DNA of 64,000 nucleotides from a virus (lineage: Duplodnaviria > Caudoviricetes). Location: the IMG/VR virus record IMGVR_UViG_3300005805_009925, positions 1,284 to 65,283 of that record, one strand, 5' to 3'. Positions within the stretch are counted from its first letter, which is position 1, and every line of letters begins with the position of its first letter. Under the pieces are notes generated by a model. The model was not told the origin of the DNA. It worked only from the letters and a program-made list of their open reading frames with translations, and searched no databases. Shown piece after piece: positions 1-7,624 of the stretch. The position numbers were made by a program, and so were the translations under genes.

Positions 1-73
1 GGCAATTGCAGGCATCCTTACAGCAACCTTCGATGTGGCAGCAATTTCTAAATTATATCATTGAGTAGTATTT

Positions 74-334
74 ATGAATAAGTCAGAGATGAAACCTGGC
101 AAATACTACAAGTCTGACCGCAAGGGCAAGAAGCTCATGATACGTGTCAAGGCTCGTGGTCAGGATAAGAAGGTACACTTTGGTGCTACTGGTTACTCTG
201 ACTTTACCAAGCACAAAGACCCTAAGCGTCGTCAGCGGTTTCTTGACCGTATGAAGGGAATTAAGAAGAACGGTAAGCCAGCATGGAAGGATATTCTATC
301 ACCTGCGTATCATGCGATAAAGAAACTCTGGTAA
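74..334 (+). CDS. small basic protein, DUF5754-like
   Basis: Lys/Arg-rich 86 aa with KKVHFGATGYSDFTKHKDPKRRQRFL...SPAYHAIKKLW, resembling the DUF5754 pattern from memory. Confidence 0.65.
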   Translation: MNKSEMKPGKYYKSDRKGKKLMIRVKARGQDKKVHFGATGYSDFTKHKDPKRRQRFLDRMKGIKKNGKPAWKDILSPAYHAIKKLW

Positions 335-338
335 AGAC

Positions 339-977
339 ATGGCACAGCAAGAATCAAAACCACAATCAACAAAAAACCGTATCAGGATAAGCACTGAATT
401 ACCTAAATCACGAAAAAACCGTATCAGGATAAACACGCTTTACCCAGATCCATTTCAGACTGGGAGTAGTGACGAGTACTACACAGCTCAATGGAAAGAA
501 GGGTTGGATATTCCATCCGCCCCTGATGGTGGCGCGCGGCGTTGGGTTGATGAGAATCTATATAAAACAAGACCTGGATATGTAAAAGGTTTCCATAGCA
601 CACTTCTACCAACTATTGACTGGAAACAGCTGTACAATCAAGAGCAATGGCCTGGATTACATAATTTGAATGTGGATGAAGCTCCATACGTCGGACTCAA
701 CTATGGTACGAATGACTATGATCGCATACAGACATACATAGATGAAGGTATGCCTGGTGTGAATCGTTATGATTTCATGCAATATCAGCGCCAGCATCCA
801 ATTACTCAAATCCCAATAAATCCTCAGCCAGTAGAACGCCCTCCTATACTACCTATAGATGCAGTCTTAGCTGGATATACTCCAATCAGCCAGCTTCCCA
901 AAGTTCCTAAGTCAGGCAACGAACAACAGTATGAAAGGGCGTCTGGTCATATTAAACAACTACGCAGACCTAAATAA
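339..977 (+). CDS. hypothetical protein
   Basis: 212-aa ORF in tight tandem with neighbours (gaps of 4 and 5 nt). Confidence 0.7.
   Translation: MAQQESKPQSTKNRIRISTELPKSRKNRIRINTLYPDPFQTGSSDEYYTAQWKEGLDIPSAPDGGARRWVDENLYKTRPGYVKGFHSTLLPTIDWKQLYNQEQWPGLHNLNVDEAPYVGLNYGTNDYDRIQTYIDEGMPGVNRYDFMQYQRQHPITQIPINPQPVERPPILPIDAVLAGYTPISQLPKVPKSGNEQQYERASGHIKQLRRPK
371..432 (+). repeat. 20-bp direct repeat, 42-bp period
   Basis: aaaaaaccgtatcaggataa at 371-390 and 413-432, encoding KNRIRI twice. Confidence 0.9.
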
Positions 978-982
978 AAGAT

Positions 983-1867
983 ATGGCAGTAGATTCACCT
1001 ATATACAGGCTAGTTCCCCGTCAGCGCTACGATACATTTGCGAGCCCTGAGTCCCGTGTTTTTCAGGCTGAACAGCAAGAGTCTATGAAACGCTCTGCAA
1101 AGCAGATGCCTAGTCAGGCTGAGCAAGATGCAGAGGTTATCAAGCAGCGTAAGTCGCGTCGTGCTAAATCCGATAAGCTGCGTGAGAAAGCTATGCCTAA
1201 ATCAGCGCAAGAACTCGCTGATAGAACAGCTGATTTAGGTGATGTGTTCCGTTTATTCCCAAATGAACCTGATAGTTTTGTAGACGAATGGTTAAACCCA
1301 ATGGTTGCTATAGGCAACATGGCGGCCTCTTTGGGTAGAGCACCATTATCAGTCCAGCAGGGGAACTATGGAGATGCAGCTATGGCTGTCGCTACTCCGC
1401 TTGCACTCGGTGCTGCAGAGGCACTCGTAGCCCCAGTAGCTAAGTATGCTGGTCAATACATAACTAGTCAGACACCTGTGCGCGATGCATATAAGCTAAA
1501 CCCATTTGCTTATACAGGAAACCCAGATATGCTCTACCGTGGTATCGGTAAAGAAGGTATGCAAGATGCTCTAAACATTGGGTATTTTAGAGGAAAGCCA
1601 GATGTTCCAAAGGAATACTTCCCCAATAGCACACTCAGAATGGACAAGTCTTTTGGTGATGTTACATATTGGTCTCCTGACCCAAATGTCGCTAGAACTT
1701 ATAGTGATGTAATAGCAGAAGTACCTTCAAACGTCGCTAACTTCAAGAACAGATATAAAAAATCTGACTGGAGTAAGCTAACGTCACAACAAATACCAGT
1801 AGAAAAAGCGAGATTTGTAGAACCTCACTGGCTCTATGGTCTGCGAGAAATAAGTAGAAAGCAATAA
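983..1867 (+). CDS. protein with putative C-terminal ADP-ribosyltransferase-like domain
   Basis: LYRGIG and TYWSPDPNVARTYS motifs after a helical/hydrophobic N-terminal part; the ORF is clear, the function is tentative. Confidence 0.45.
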   Translation: MAVDSPIYRLVPRQRYDTFASPESRVFQAEQQESMKRSAKQMPSQAEQDAEVIKQRKSRRAKSDKLREKAMPKSAQELADRTADLGDVFRLFPNEPDSFVDEWLNPMVAIGNMAASLGRAPLSVQQGNYGDAAMAVATPLALGAAEALVAPVAKYAGQYITSQTPVRDAYKLNPFAYTGNPDMLYRGIGKEGMQDALNIGYFRGKPDVPKEYFPNSTLRMDKSFGDVTYWSPDPNVARTYSDVIAEVPSNVANFKNRYKKSDWSKLTSQQIPVEKARFVEPHWLYGLREISRKQ

Positions 1868-1899
1868 TCAACTGTCAAACTATAAACAGGAGAACTTCC

Positions 1900-1974
1900 A
1901 TGAAGAAGTCTAAAGGCAAAGGCCAAGTCTACGGAGCCGTCAAGGTTGTAGGCAAGGGTGGCAAGAAGAAGTAA
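1900..1974 (+). CDS. 24-aa Lys/Gly-rich peptide (not in ORF track)
   Basis: AGGAGA RBS at 1888-1893; MKKSKGKGQVYGAVKVVGKGGKKK*; terminator follows immediately. Confidence 0.6.
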   Translation: MKKSKGKGQVYGAVKVVGKGGKKK

Positions 1975-1975
1975 C

Positions 1976-2001
1976 AAAAAGGGTCCCGAAGGACCCTTTT
2001 T
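1976..2001. terminator. bidirectional intrinsic terminator
   Basis: aaaaa-gggtcc-cgaa-ggaccc-ttttt between convergent ORFs. Confidence 0.85.
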
Positions 2002-2011
2002 ACTTATTGCA

Positions 2012-2218
2012 TTACCGTGATTGGTTGGGGTTCTGCATGATGCACTTAGGCGTTCCATCCTGATGGAAGAAGATAGGACGTGGCTTCTTTAGTTTAATGC
2101 CACATGCAGGGCAATTCACCATAAGCGTACCAGGATCTGGCTTGGATCCCTCGTCAATAACTAGGTCGGTGTTGCTGAAGTAATCATATACAACGCCACC
2201 AATAATAATTACAGGCAT
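2012..2218 (-). CDS. small hypothetical protein with CxxC (CPACG)
   Basis: AAGGAG RBS upstream; 68 aa. Confidence 0.6.
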   Translation of the reverse strand: MPVIIIGGVVYDYFSNTDLVIDEGSKPDPGTLMVNCPACGIKLKKPRPIFFHQDGTPKCIMQNPNQSR

Positions 2219-2252
2219 AAATACTCCTTAGTTTTTTTTTTGCAATCTATGC

Positions 2253-2282
2253 TTGCATATACGCAAAACCTCTGTATATTGC
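2253..2282 (+). promoter_or_regulatory. putative host-RNAP promoter TTG-N19-TATATTGC
   Basis: ttg at 2253-2255, tatattgc at 2275-2282; the same pattern recurs at 7541-7624 and 17980-18009. Confidence 0.55.
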
Positions 2283-2285
2283 GAT

Positions 2286-2435
2286 ATGCCGAAGCAAGGA
2301 TTATATAGCAACATTCACGCCAAGCGCAAGCGGATTGCCGCTGGTTCAGGCGAGAAGATGCGTACTCCTGGCACTAAAGGTGCTCCGACAGCTAAGGCAT
2401 TCAAGCAATCAGCTAAGACTGCGAGGAAGAAGTAA
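2286..2435 (+). CDS. 49-aa basic phage protein
   Basis: MPKQGLYSNIHAKRKRIAAGSGEKMRTPGTKGAPTAKAFKQSAK, a small-protein pattern common in environmental phages; ATG 2286 is preferred over the track start. Confidence 0.7.
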   Translation: MPKQGLYSNIHAKRKRIAAGSGEKMRTPGTKGAPTAKAFKQSAKTARKK

Positions 2436-2614
2436 TGCCAGCTAAGTCAAAAGCGCAGCAGAAATTCATGGGCATGGCTCTTGCTACAAAGCGAGGCGAG
2501 ATGAAGGGCGCAAGTCCTGCACTCAAGAAGGCCGCAAAGTCCATGACATCAAAAGAAATTAAGAAGTACGCAGGTACGAAACTTAAAGGACTCCCAAGTC
2601 GAGTCAAGAAATAG
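2435..2614 (+). CDS. DUF3008-family small basic protein (59 aa, not in ORF track)
   Basis: MPAKSKAQQKFMGMALATKRGE...GTKLKGLPSRVKK; TAATG coupling to the upstream gene. Confidence 0.75.
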   Translation: MPAKSKAQQKFMGMALATKRGEMKGASPALKKAAKSMTSKEIKKYAGTKLKGLPSRVKK

Positions 2615-2642
2615 GTTCGCATGAACCCCCTCCCCTCCCTGG

Positions 2643-2680
2643 ACCCTAGGTGTTTTGCCCTTTCACCTAGGGTTTTTTAT
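2643..2680 (+). terminator. intrinsic terminator
   Basis: accctaggtg/cacctagggt 10-bp stem followed by a T-tract. Confidence 0.75.
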
Positions 2681-2696
2681 TTGTGGTATGCACAAT

Positions 2697-2727
2697 AAAA
2701 AAAAGCCAGGCTTCCCAACCTGGCTTT
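2697..2727 (-). terminator. intrinsic terminator for the thyX operon
   Basis: aaagccagg/cctggcttt stem; A-run at 2697-2704 gives a U-tract on the minus strand. Confidence 0.75.
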
Positions 2728-2835
2728 ATTCCAAACCCTTCACACAATCCGTAGGCTGTGTGGTATTCGTTACCGACCGAGCCATCTTCGGCTCTAGTTA
2801 GTAAAAAATTAGGTTGCGAATCTAGTCAATCTGCG

Positions 2836-3549
2836 TCAAACTTCCCATAGTGCTTTAGCAATATTTGGGAATTTTTCCATGAAAATGTCCATTATTCCTT
2901 CGGCAATCTCACGATGTTCCTGCTGGGTCGTCTCATCCAGCCTCAGTTCGAGGTAATGAATCCATGAGCGCACAGATCCCTTCATATACATCGTAGTCTG
3001 TGTAGCTAAAGGCAGTACATCTCTGGCTACTTCACGCGCTACGCCTGCATGTATCAGATCTTTGTAGAGTTCGATAGCCCGTTCGGTATGCTCTTTGACT
3101 ATCTTAGAGGCATGTGTAAGCTGTTTCTGGCTGTTTATCACAGGGTCGAATACTTCTTCGCTGGATTGCCTGTTTTTAACCGACTGCTTGCGGAGTTCGA
3201 TGTCCTGTACGGTTGTCGCCTCAGCATATCTCTGTGAGAACTCTTGGAAGCTAAACGACTTATGGCGTAGAATCTGAGCAGCAATAGACCTACGGGTAAC
3301 AATCTCCACGGTCATATCTACGAACTCAAAGGGAGACCAGTGCTTGTGCTTTACAAGGTACTTTATCAGCCTATCAGATGTCTCCAAGTTCGCCTGATTG
3401 CTAGGGTTCGACACCCGTGCTATGTAGACGATAAGATCTTCTGGGCTGATATGGCGCTCAACGTGTTCTAGAATGCCATCAGTCATGACGGTAACAGTAC
3501 CAGCGATACCCTTGATAGGCTCTGTTACAGAGATAAATCTAACCGACAT
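2836..3549 (-). CDS. thyX: FAD-dependent thymidylate synthase
   Basis: ThyX motif RHKSFSFQEFSQRY, HWSPFE, AREVARDVLPL; start moved to ATG 3549 (GAGGA RBS). Confidence 0.95.
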   Translation of the reverse strand: MSVRFISVTEPIKGIAGTVTVMTDGILEHVERHISPEDLIVYIARVSNPSNQANLETSDRLIKYLVKHKHWSPFEFVDMTVEIVTRRSIAAQILRHKSFSFQEFSQRYAEATTVQDIELRKQSVKNRQSSEEVFDPVINSQKQLTHASKIVKEHTERAIELYKDLIHAGVAREVARDVLPLATQTTMYMKGSVRSWIHYLELRLDETTQQEHREIAEGIMDIFMEKFPNIAKALWEV

Positions 3550-4978
3550 ACTGTTCCTCGTACATTTTAATTGCATTGAATATCTGTAAAGCTACCTGTG
3601 GGACTATGGCGTTTCCGTATCCCTTAATGCTTTCTCTTCGCCATTTAGGAAGGGTAATACCGTCCAGTTCGGTGGGAATCCCATCATCTCCGCCACAAAC
3701 AGGGGGTTGAGTTGGGAAGATTTCCCAGTTTGTGCAAATGCGTCTGGAAGACTGTTGGTATGATTTCGACCTGATTTCTCCAGCGCTTCCGTTGATCGAG
3801 CCCCCTTGTAATCTCTCGTAGCTGGTGTAGGCAGTATTCCCATGCTCATCGCTCTGTTGAGTGTCACGCTGTGCATACTGCCTTCCTTGACTTGTGTAGA
3901 CTTCATCGTTGCCGTTGCGTTTGTTGAGTCCATTGCGGTTGGGGTTGGTAGCATCCCATTGAAATCCATATAATCCATTAATCCATTCGGTCTGTTCGCC
4001 CCATTCTTTCGACTCGCCATCGTTTCCGCTCCAGTTTCTTTCAATGCTTTCACCCTTTCCCGATGATGAATCTCGTTCGCCATTGGTGTCGGAAGCAATC
4101 CCCGTATCGCATGGTCGGCTAGGTTCAGAGAATGACTGTTTCCGTTGCTCGCTACTCTGCGTCCAGTTTCCGTCAGTTCCGCCTCGTAGTGCGGAGTCTC
4201 CTGTGTTGTCGGTGTCGGAAGCAATCCACTCTTGGCTAGTTGTGGCAGAGCTGCTCCGTACCTGACTCCCTTGCTGTTGACGTTCAGCCCGTTCTCGTCC
4301 AGCTTCCTGTTGCCCCTCTCCAAGTCCGAGGCTTTCGGAGTAGGGAGCAAACGCATCATTTGCACTTGTTGCGTTAGCCCCACTTGCGCTAGGCGTCCCG
4401 TGTGTTTGTCGTAAGCTCTTTTCCCTATTTCCGCAGGTTCCCCATTCTTGGTTACAAGACGGGTGTTCTTGATGCCTGGTTCCTGTGCTGACGGAGTACG
4501 CAACAATCCATACCCTGTCTCTTCTGTGGGGAGCCCCGACGGCTGCAGCTGGAATAATAAACGGCTGTACGGAGTAACCTTCAGCTTCAAGCTCAGCGCA
4601 CACCTCTTCGAGTACCACGCCCCCATTCCAATTAGTAAGGCCGAATACGTTTTCGCCCACGACCCAGCGAGGCTTGATTTCTCGAATAGCCCTAAGCATG
4701 TGAGGCCAGAGGTGACGGTCATCATCTTTCCCTTTTCGCTTGCCTGCCTGACTATACGGCTGACAAGGGAATCCTCCCGTAAGGATGTCGATTGTTCCTC
4801 GGTAAACATTGAAATCTGTCTTTGTGATGTCTCCATAGCTGTCAGCATTAGGCCAGTAGTGTTCAAGAATCTTACGTGGGAACTCTGCCCATTCACAGTG
4901 AAATACATTATCCCAGCCCATCCATTCGGAAGCTAGGTCGAATCCTCCTATGCCAGAGAATAGAGATCCATGTCTCAT
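3539..4978 (-). CDS. C5-cytosine DNA methyltransferase, alpha polypeptide
   Basis: motif I FSGIGG, IV GGFPCQPYS, VI ENV, VIII RRDRVW, X YGNAIVPQVA; motif IX not seen; low-complexity middle. Confidence 0.9.
   Translation of the reverse strand: MRHGSLFSGIGGFDLASEWMGWDNVFHCEWAEFPRKILEHYWPNADSYGDITKTDFNVYRGTIDILTGGFPCQPYSQAGKRKGKDDDRHLWPHMLRAIREIKPRWVVGENVFGLTNWNGGVVLEEVCAELEAEGYSVQPFIIPAAAVGAPHRRDRVWIVAYSVSTGTRHQEHPSCNQEWGTCGNREKSLRQTHGTPSASGANATSANDAFAPYSESLGLGEGQQEAGRERAERQQQGSQVRSSSATTSQEWIASDTDNTGDSALRGGTDGNWTQSSEQRKQSFSEPSRPCDTGIASDTNGERDSSSGKGESIERNWSGNDGESKEWGEQTEWINGLYGFQWDATNPNRNGLNKRNGNDEVYTSQGRQYAQRDTQQSDEHGNTAYTSYERLQGGSINGSAGEIRSKSYQQSSRRICTNWEIFPTQPPVCGGDDGIPTELDGITLPKWRRESIKGYGNAIVPQVALQIFNAIKMYEEQYVG
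3604..4848 (-). CDS. C5 methyltransferase beta polypeptide nested in an alternative frame
   Basis: more than 1.2 kb open alternative frame inside the MTase; ends in motif-IX-like LNPLFVAEMMGFPPNWT; six xLPTP modules; start uncertain (4908, 4848 or 4836). Confidence 0.75.
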   Translation of the reverse strand: MLTAMETSQRQISMFTEEQSTSLREDSLVSRIVRQASEKGKMMTVTSGLTCLGLFEKSSLAGSWAKTYSALLIGMGAWYSKRCALSLKLKVTPYSRLLFQLQPSGLPTEETGYGLLRTPSAQEPGIKNTRLVTKNGEPAEIGKRAYDKHTGRLAQVGLTQQVQMMRLLPTPKASDLERGNRKLDENGLNVNSKGVRYGAALPQLAKSGLLPTPTTQETPHYEAELTETGRRVASNGNSHSLNLADHAIRGLLPTPMANEIHHRERVKALKETGAETMASRKNGANRPNGLMDYMDFNGMLPTPTAMDSTNATATMKSTQVKEGSMHSVTLNRAMSMGILPTPATRDYKGARSTEALEKSGRNHTNSLPDAFAQTGKSSQLNPLFVAEMMGFPPNWTVLPFLNGEEKALRDTETP

Positions 4979-5160
4979 TTACCCCTATCCTCCCAGTGCT
5001 CGCACGACTGCACCCAGTACTTCGGCATAGGCTCCGTAGGCTCATCTGGGTCGAGGTTGCACTCGTTCCTGAATACAGCCATATATACCCCCTGATAGAA
5101 CTCATCTGCGTCACTCTCAGAGTAGTGCTTGCAGTTCTCGCACTTCCTTACTTTTTCCAT
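4975..5160 (-). CDS. small Cys-rich hypothetical protein
   Basis: CENCKHY...C...C; overlaps flanking genes as in an operon. Confidence 0.6.
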   Translation of the reverse strand: MEKVRKCENCKHYSESDADEFYQGVYMAVFRNECNLDPDEPTEPMPKYWVQSCEHWEDRGK

Positions 5161-5582
5161 GTCAGCACCTCTATTGTTTTAACACCAGATTCAATAAACA
5201 TCAGATCGGCAACTTTCAGGGATTCTTTCCATCTTTCCGAATAATCGCCATTAGGCTTGGGGTATACAATCCTAGTAATACCCCTCTGAATCATGTGACC
5301 AGCACAATGTGCGCATGGGGCAGCTGTGATATACATACTGCAACCACGCACGTCTCCAGCGAAATGCAGAGCATTAGCCTCAGCATGTATGGTTCTATCA
5401 AGCCTTTCCTCCCTAGAGAATCCAGAAGGCTCTAGAACCCCCTTGGGAGCACCGTTATAGCCACAGGAGATGATACGCCTATCCTTGTCTACTATAACCG
5501 CCCCTACCTTCGTAGACGGGTCTTTGCTCCACGTAGAGACAAGATACGCCATCTCCATGAATCTATCATCCCACTTACTCAT
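5148..5582 (-). CDS. dCMP deaminase
   Basis: SKDPSTKVGAVIV, HAEANAL, PCAHCA zinc motifs; start MSKWDDRF at 5582. Confidence 0.93.
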   Translation of the reverse strand: MSKWDDRFMEMAYLVSTWSKDPSTKVGAVIVDKDRRIISCGYNGAPKGVLEPSGFSREERLDRTIHAEANALHFAGDVRGCSMYITAAPCAHCAGHMIQRGITRIVYPKPNGDYSERWKESLKVADLMFIESGVKTIEVLTWKK

Positions 5583-5857
5583 ACTAACTCCGTATGAAGT
5601 GCGCAGTAGTGATCCCACTTGCTAATCATCTTCGGTTCGTCAGGGTGAATCATGCACAGGTACAGCGTAATCGTCGTATCCTCGAACTCATTCTCCAGTA
5701 CTTCGTCAGTGCAGTGCGCACATGTATCGCAACGTGGGTGCATCTCAGATACATCCTTATCGCTCAGCTCTTCCGTGTTAACCCACGTACCGAACTTGTC
5801 TTCTGCAAACAAAGCACAGGCATCCTTGCCTTCTACGTACATCCTGTAGGTTTTCAT
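5579..5857 (-). CDS. hypothetical protein with CxxC
   Basis: 92 aa; 4-nt ATGA overlaps with neighbours. Confidence 0.6.
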   Translation of the reverse strand: MKTYRMYVEGKDACALFAEDKFGTWVNTEELSDKDVSEMHPRCDTCAHCTDEVLENEFEDTTITLYLCMIHPDEPKMISKWDHYCALHTELV

Positions 5858-6264
5858 GCCCTACCTCCATAGACGTTCGTATAGCTTTCTATTAGCATGA
5901 CGTTTTTATTAGGCTCAGCCAACTTATATTTAACCGCCATACGTTCCTTACGCTCTGACTCAACCACCTTCTTGCGCTGCTGGATCTCCTCAATCACGCT
6001 CTTAGCACGGGTAATCTTCTTACCAGGTCTAAAGCCACTACCAAGCATCTTCTTACGCCACTGACGGCAGGAAGCTACAGCGAGTTCGATATTGTCCCGT
6101 TCGGTATTGACGCGGACAGTCTTCGTTACACACTTCCCGTCAATGGTAACGTGCGTCAGGACATACTCCCTGCCCTGGATGTTGCGCAAATAGATGTATG
6201 TCTCCAGCTCCAGAGACTTACCGTCCTTTTCAAACTTGGCAACAAGTGCCTCTTCCCGTGTCAT
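5854..6264 (-). CDS. hypothetical basic protein
   Basis: 136 aa; translationally coupled. Confidence 0.65.
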   Translation of the reverse strand: MTREEALVAKFEKDGKSLELETYIYLRNIQGREYVLTHVTIDGKCVTKTVRVNTERDNIELAVASCRQWRKKMLGSGFRPGKKITRAKSVIEEIQQRKKVVESERKERMAVKYKLAEPNKNVMLIESYTNVYGGRA

Positions 6265-6419
6265 GAACCCTCCTCAAGTGATAAATCAATGGCTACCGCC
6301 ATCTCGTCAATAATTTCCCATAGCTCCGAAGACTTCTCTTCATCTGCTAATACCGCAAGCCTTTCCTTTACCTTCTCCAGCCTGATGTATAGCTGGACGA
6401 GTTTAGATGCTGGAATCAC
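6261..6419 (-). CDS. 52-aa hypothetical protein (not in ORF track)
   Basis: GTG start after a G-rich RBS; VIPASKLVQLYIRLEKVKERL...; 4-nt overlaps at both ends. Confidence 0.5.
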   Translation of the reverse strand: MIPASKLVQLYIRLEKVKERLAVLADEEKSSELWEIIDEMAVAIDLSLEEGS

Positions 6420-6532
6420 AGCCACCCCCTCTTATTCAATTCTTTCAAAATAATCCCAACGCCAACCCCAGTGAAGATACCTACCATCCACATGGATATA
6501 ATTATCAGTGAGATTGCCTGTGTCGGTGTCAT
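6416..6532 (-). CDS. 38-aa single-pass membrane peptide (not in ORF track)
   Basis: MTPTQAISLIIISMWMVGIFTGVGVGIILKELNKRGWL*; fills the gap with 4-nt overlaps. Confidence 0.55.
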   Translation of the reverse strand: MTPTQAISLIIISMWMVGIFTGVGVGIILKELNKRGWL

Positions 6533-6966
6533 GGCATCACCTCGTTGTAGATGTCACAGATGCGTTGGGCGGCGTCATAGGAATTTTTGCTCAAATAGTA
6601 AAGACACGTTGTTTGAAAAGCTGTTGCATATTCACTGTCTTGTATTATCCAAGCATTGTGCTCCTTATCCCACTCCACCGTCCACCTCTTCGGCTTGACG
6701 TAGGGGGCGATGAGCTTGTGGATGGGAGCCCATGGTTGGCCTTCATTAACACCGTCATAGGTCCATAAAATCGCCTCGCTGCCGTTCCATACAAGAACAG
6801 TGTCCTCCATTGCATCCTCTATAGTTGGCAACCTGTCTGTTATCCATTCCGAAGATTTAGACATAATCTGATCCTCAACAACCATTTGAAGTTTATATGT
6901 GTCGTGCATACCTATGATTGCTCTTCTTCGGTTCTTCCAATGGCCGCCTGTTTTTTCTTTACTCAT
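6529..6966 (-). CDS. hypothetical protein, DUF551-like segment
   Basis: EWITDRLPT...VLVW pattern. Confidence 0.55.
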   Translation of the reverse strand: MSKEKTGGHWKNRRRAIIGMHDTYKLQMVVEDQIMSKSSEWITDRLPTIEDAMEDTVLVWNGSEAILWTYDGVNEGQPWAPIHKLIAPYVKPKRWTVEWDKEHNAWIIQDSEYATAFQTTCLYYLSKNSYDAAQRICDIYNEVMP

Positions 6967-7250
6967 TGCTGCTCTCCTTTGGCTTTGGTGATGGCTGATT
7001 TGATTCTATCGTGTATTCCCACAGGTACATCGTATTGTGACCAGTATGAGGCGCACTCGTCAAGTTCCTGTAATACCTCCAGCATGTCAGGGGCGGCGGC
7101 GATCAATAGTGCATTAGCGTTCTGATTCCGATAGTTCTTGTTTGTAGAAAATATGGCAGCAACCGTATTTCCATCATCAGACTTAATCTGTACATTTAAT
7201 GCAGCACCGCATAATCCTGGGGTCCATGGACCAGGTGTGTACTCGCTCAT
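6963..7250 (-). CDS. conserved phage protein (TPGPW...ANALLIAAAP type)
   Basis: characteristic YTPGPW and NANALLIAAAPDMLE. Confidence 0.75.
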   Translation of the reverse strand: MSEYTPGPWTPGLCGAALNVQIKSDDGNTVAAIFSTNKNYRNQNANALLIAAAPDMLEVLQELDECASYWSQYDVPVGIHDRIKSAITKAKGEQQ

Positions 7251-7513
7251 AGCGGCCTCCCTGCGTGTATTGTGTCTCCTACCTTCGTTAATGCAATGAT
7301 AGCTACCGTGCTCATCAGCATGGCTACAGCCTCTGGATCTGATTCAGGATCAGCTATGTGCTCGTCATACATGTCAGCAATCCTTGCTAACGTGTCTATA
7401 AGGCTCTGGGAGTTCTCCCATAACTTCTTGATCTCAGGCTTCATTGCATAGCCCAAAACCTCATTGTTCGCATCTCGGATTACTCCTACGTAACCCTGTT
7501 CCTTCTTGACCAT
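7247..7513 (-). CDS. hypothetical protein, first gene of the leftward operon
   Basis: GGAGG RBS before ATG 7513 (MVKKEQG). Confidence 0.65.
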   Translation of the reverse strand: MVKKEQGYVGVIRDANNEVLGYAMKPEIKKLWENSQSLIDTLARIADMYDEHIADPESDPEAVAMLMSTVAIIALTKVGDTIHAGRPL

Positions 7514-7540
7514 TCTACCTCCGTGTGAGAAATATATTTT

Positions 7541-7624
7541 GCAATGTAACACTTGTTGTGCAACAATGCAATACCCTGCTGCATAAATGTTGCGCAATGT
7601 ATATCAAAGTTAGACATGTTATCA
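7541..7624 (-). promoter_or_regulatory. tandem leftward promoters with palindromic operator-like sites
   Basis: minus strand TTG-N20-TACATTGC (7571 to 7541) and TTG-N21-TACATTGC (7624 to 7594); ttgttg/caacaa and ttgcgcaa palindromes. Confidence 0.5.

Noticed and set aside
2232-2241. Poly-T tract as a phase-variation switch
   Set aside because: It lies outside the promoter spacer and coding frames; more simply an AT-rich UP-like element.
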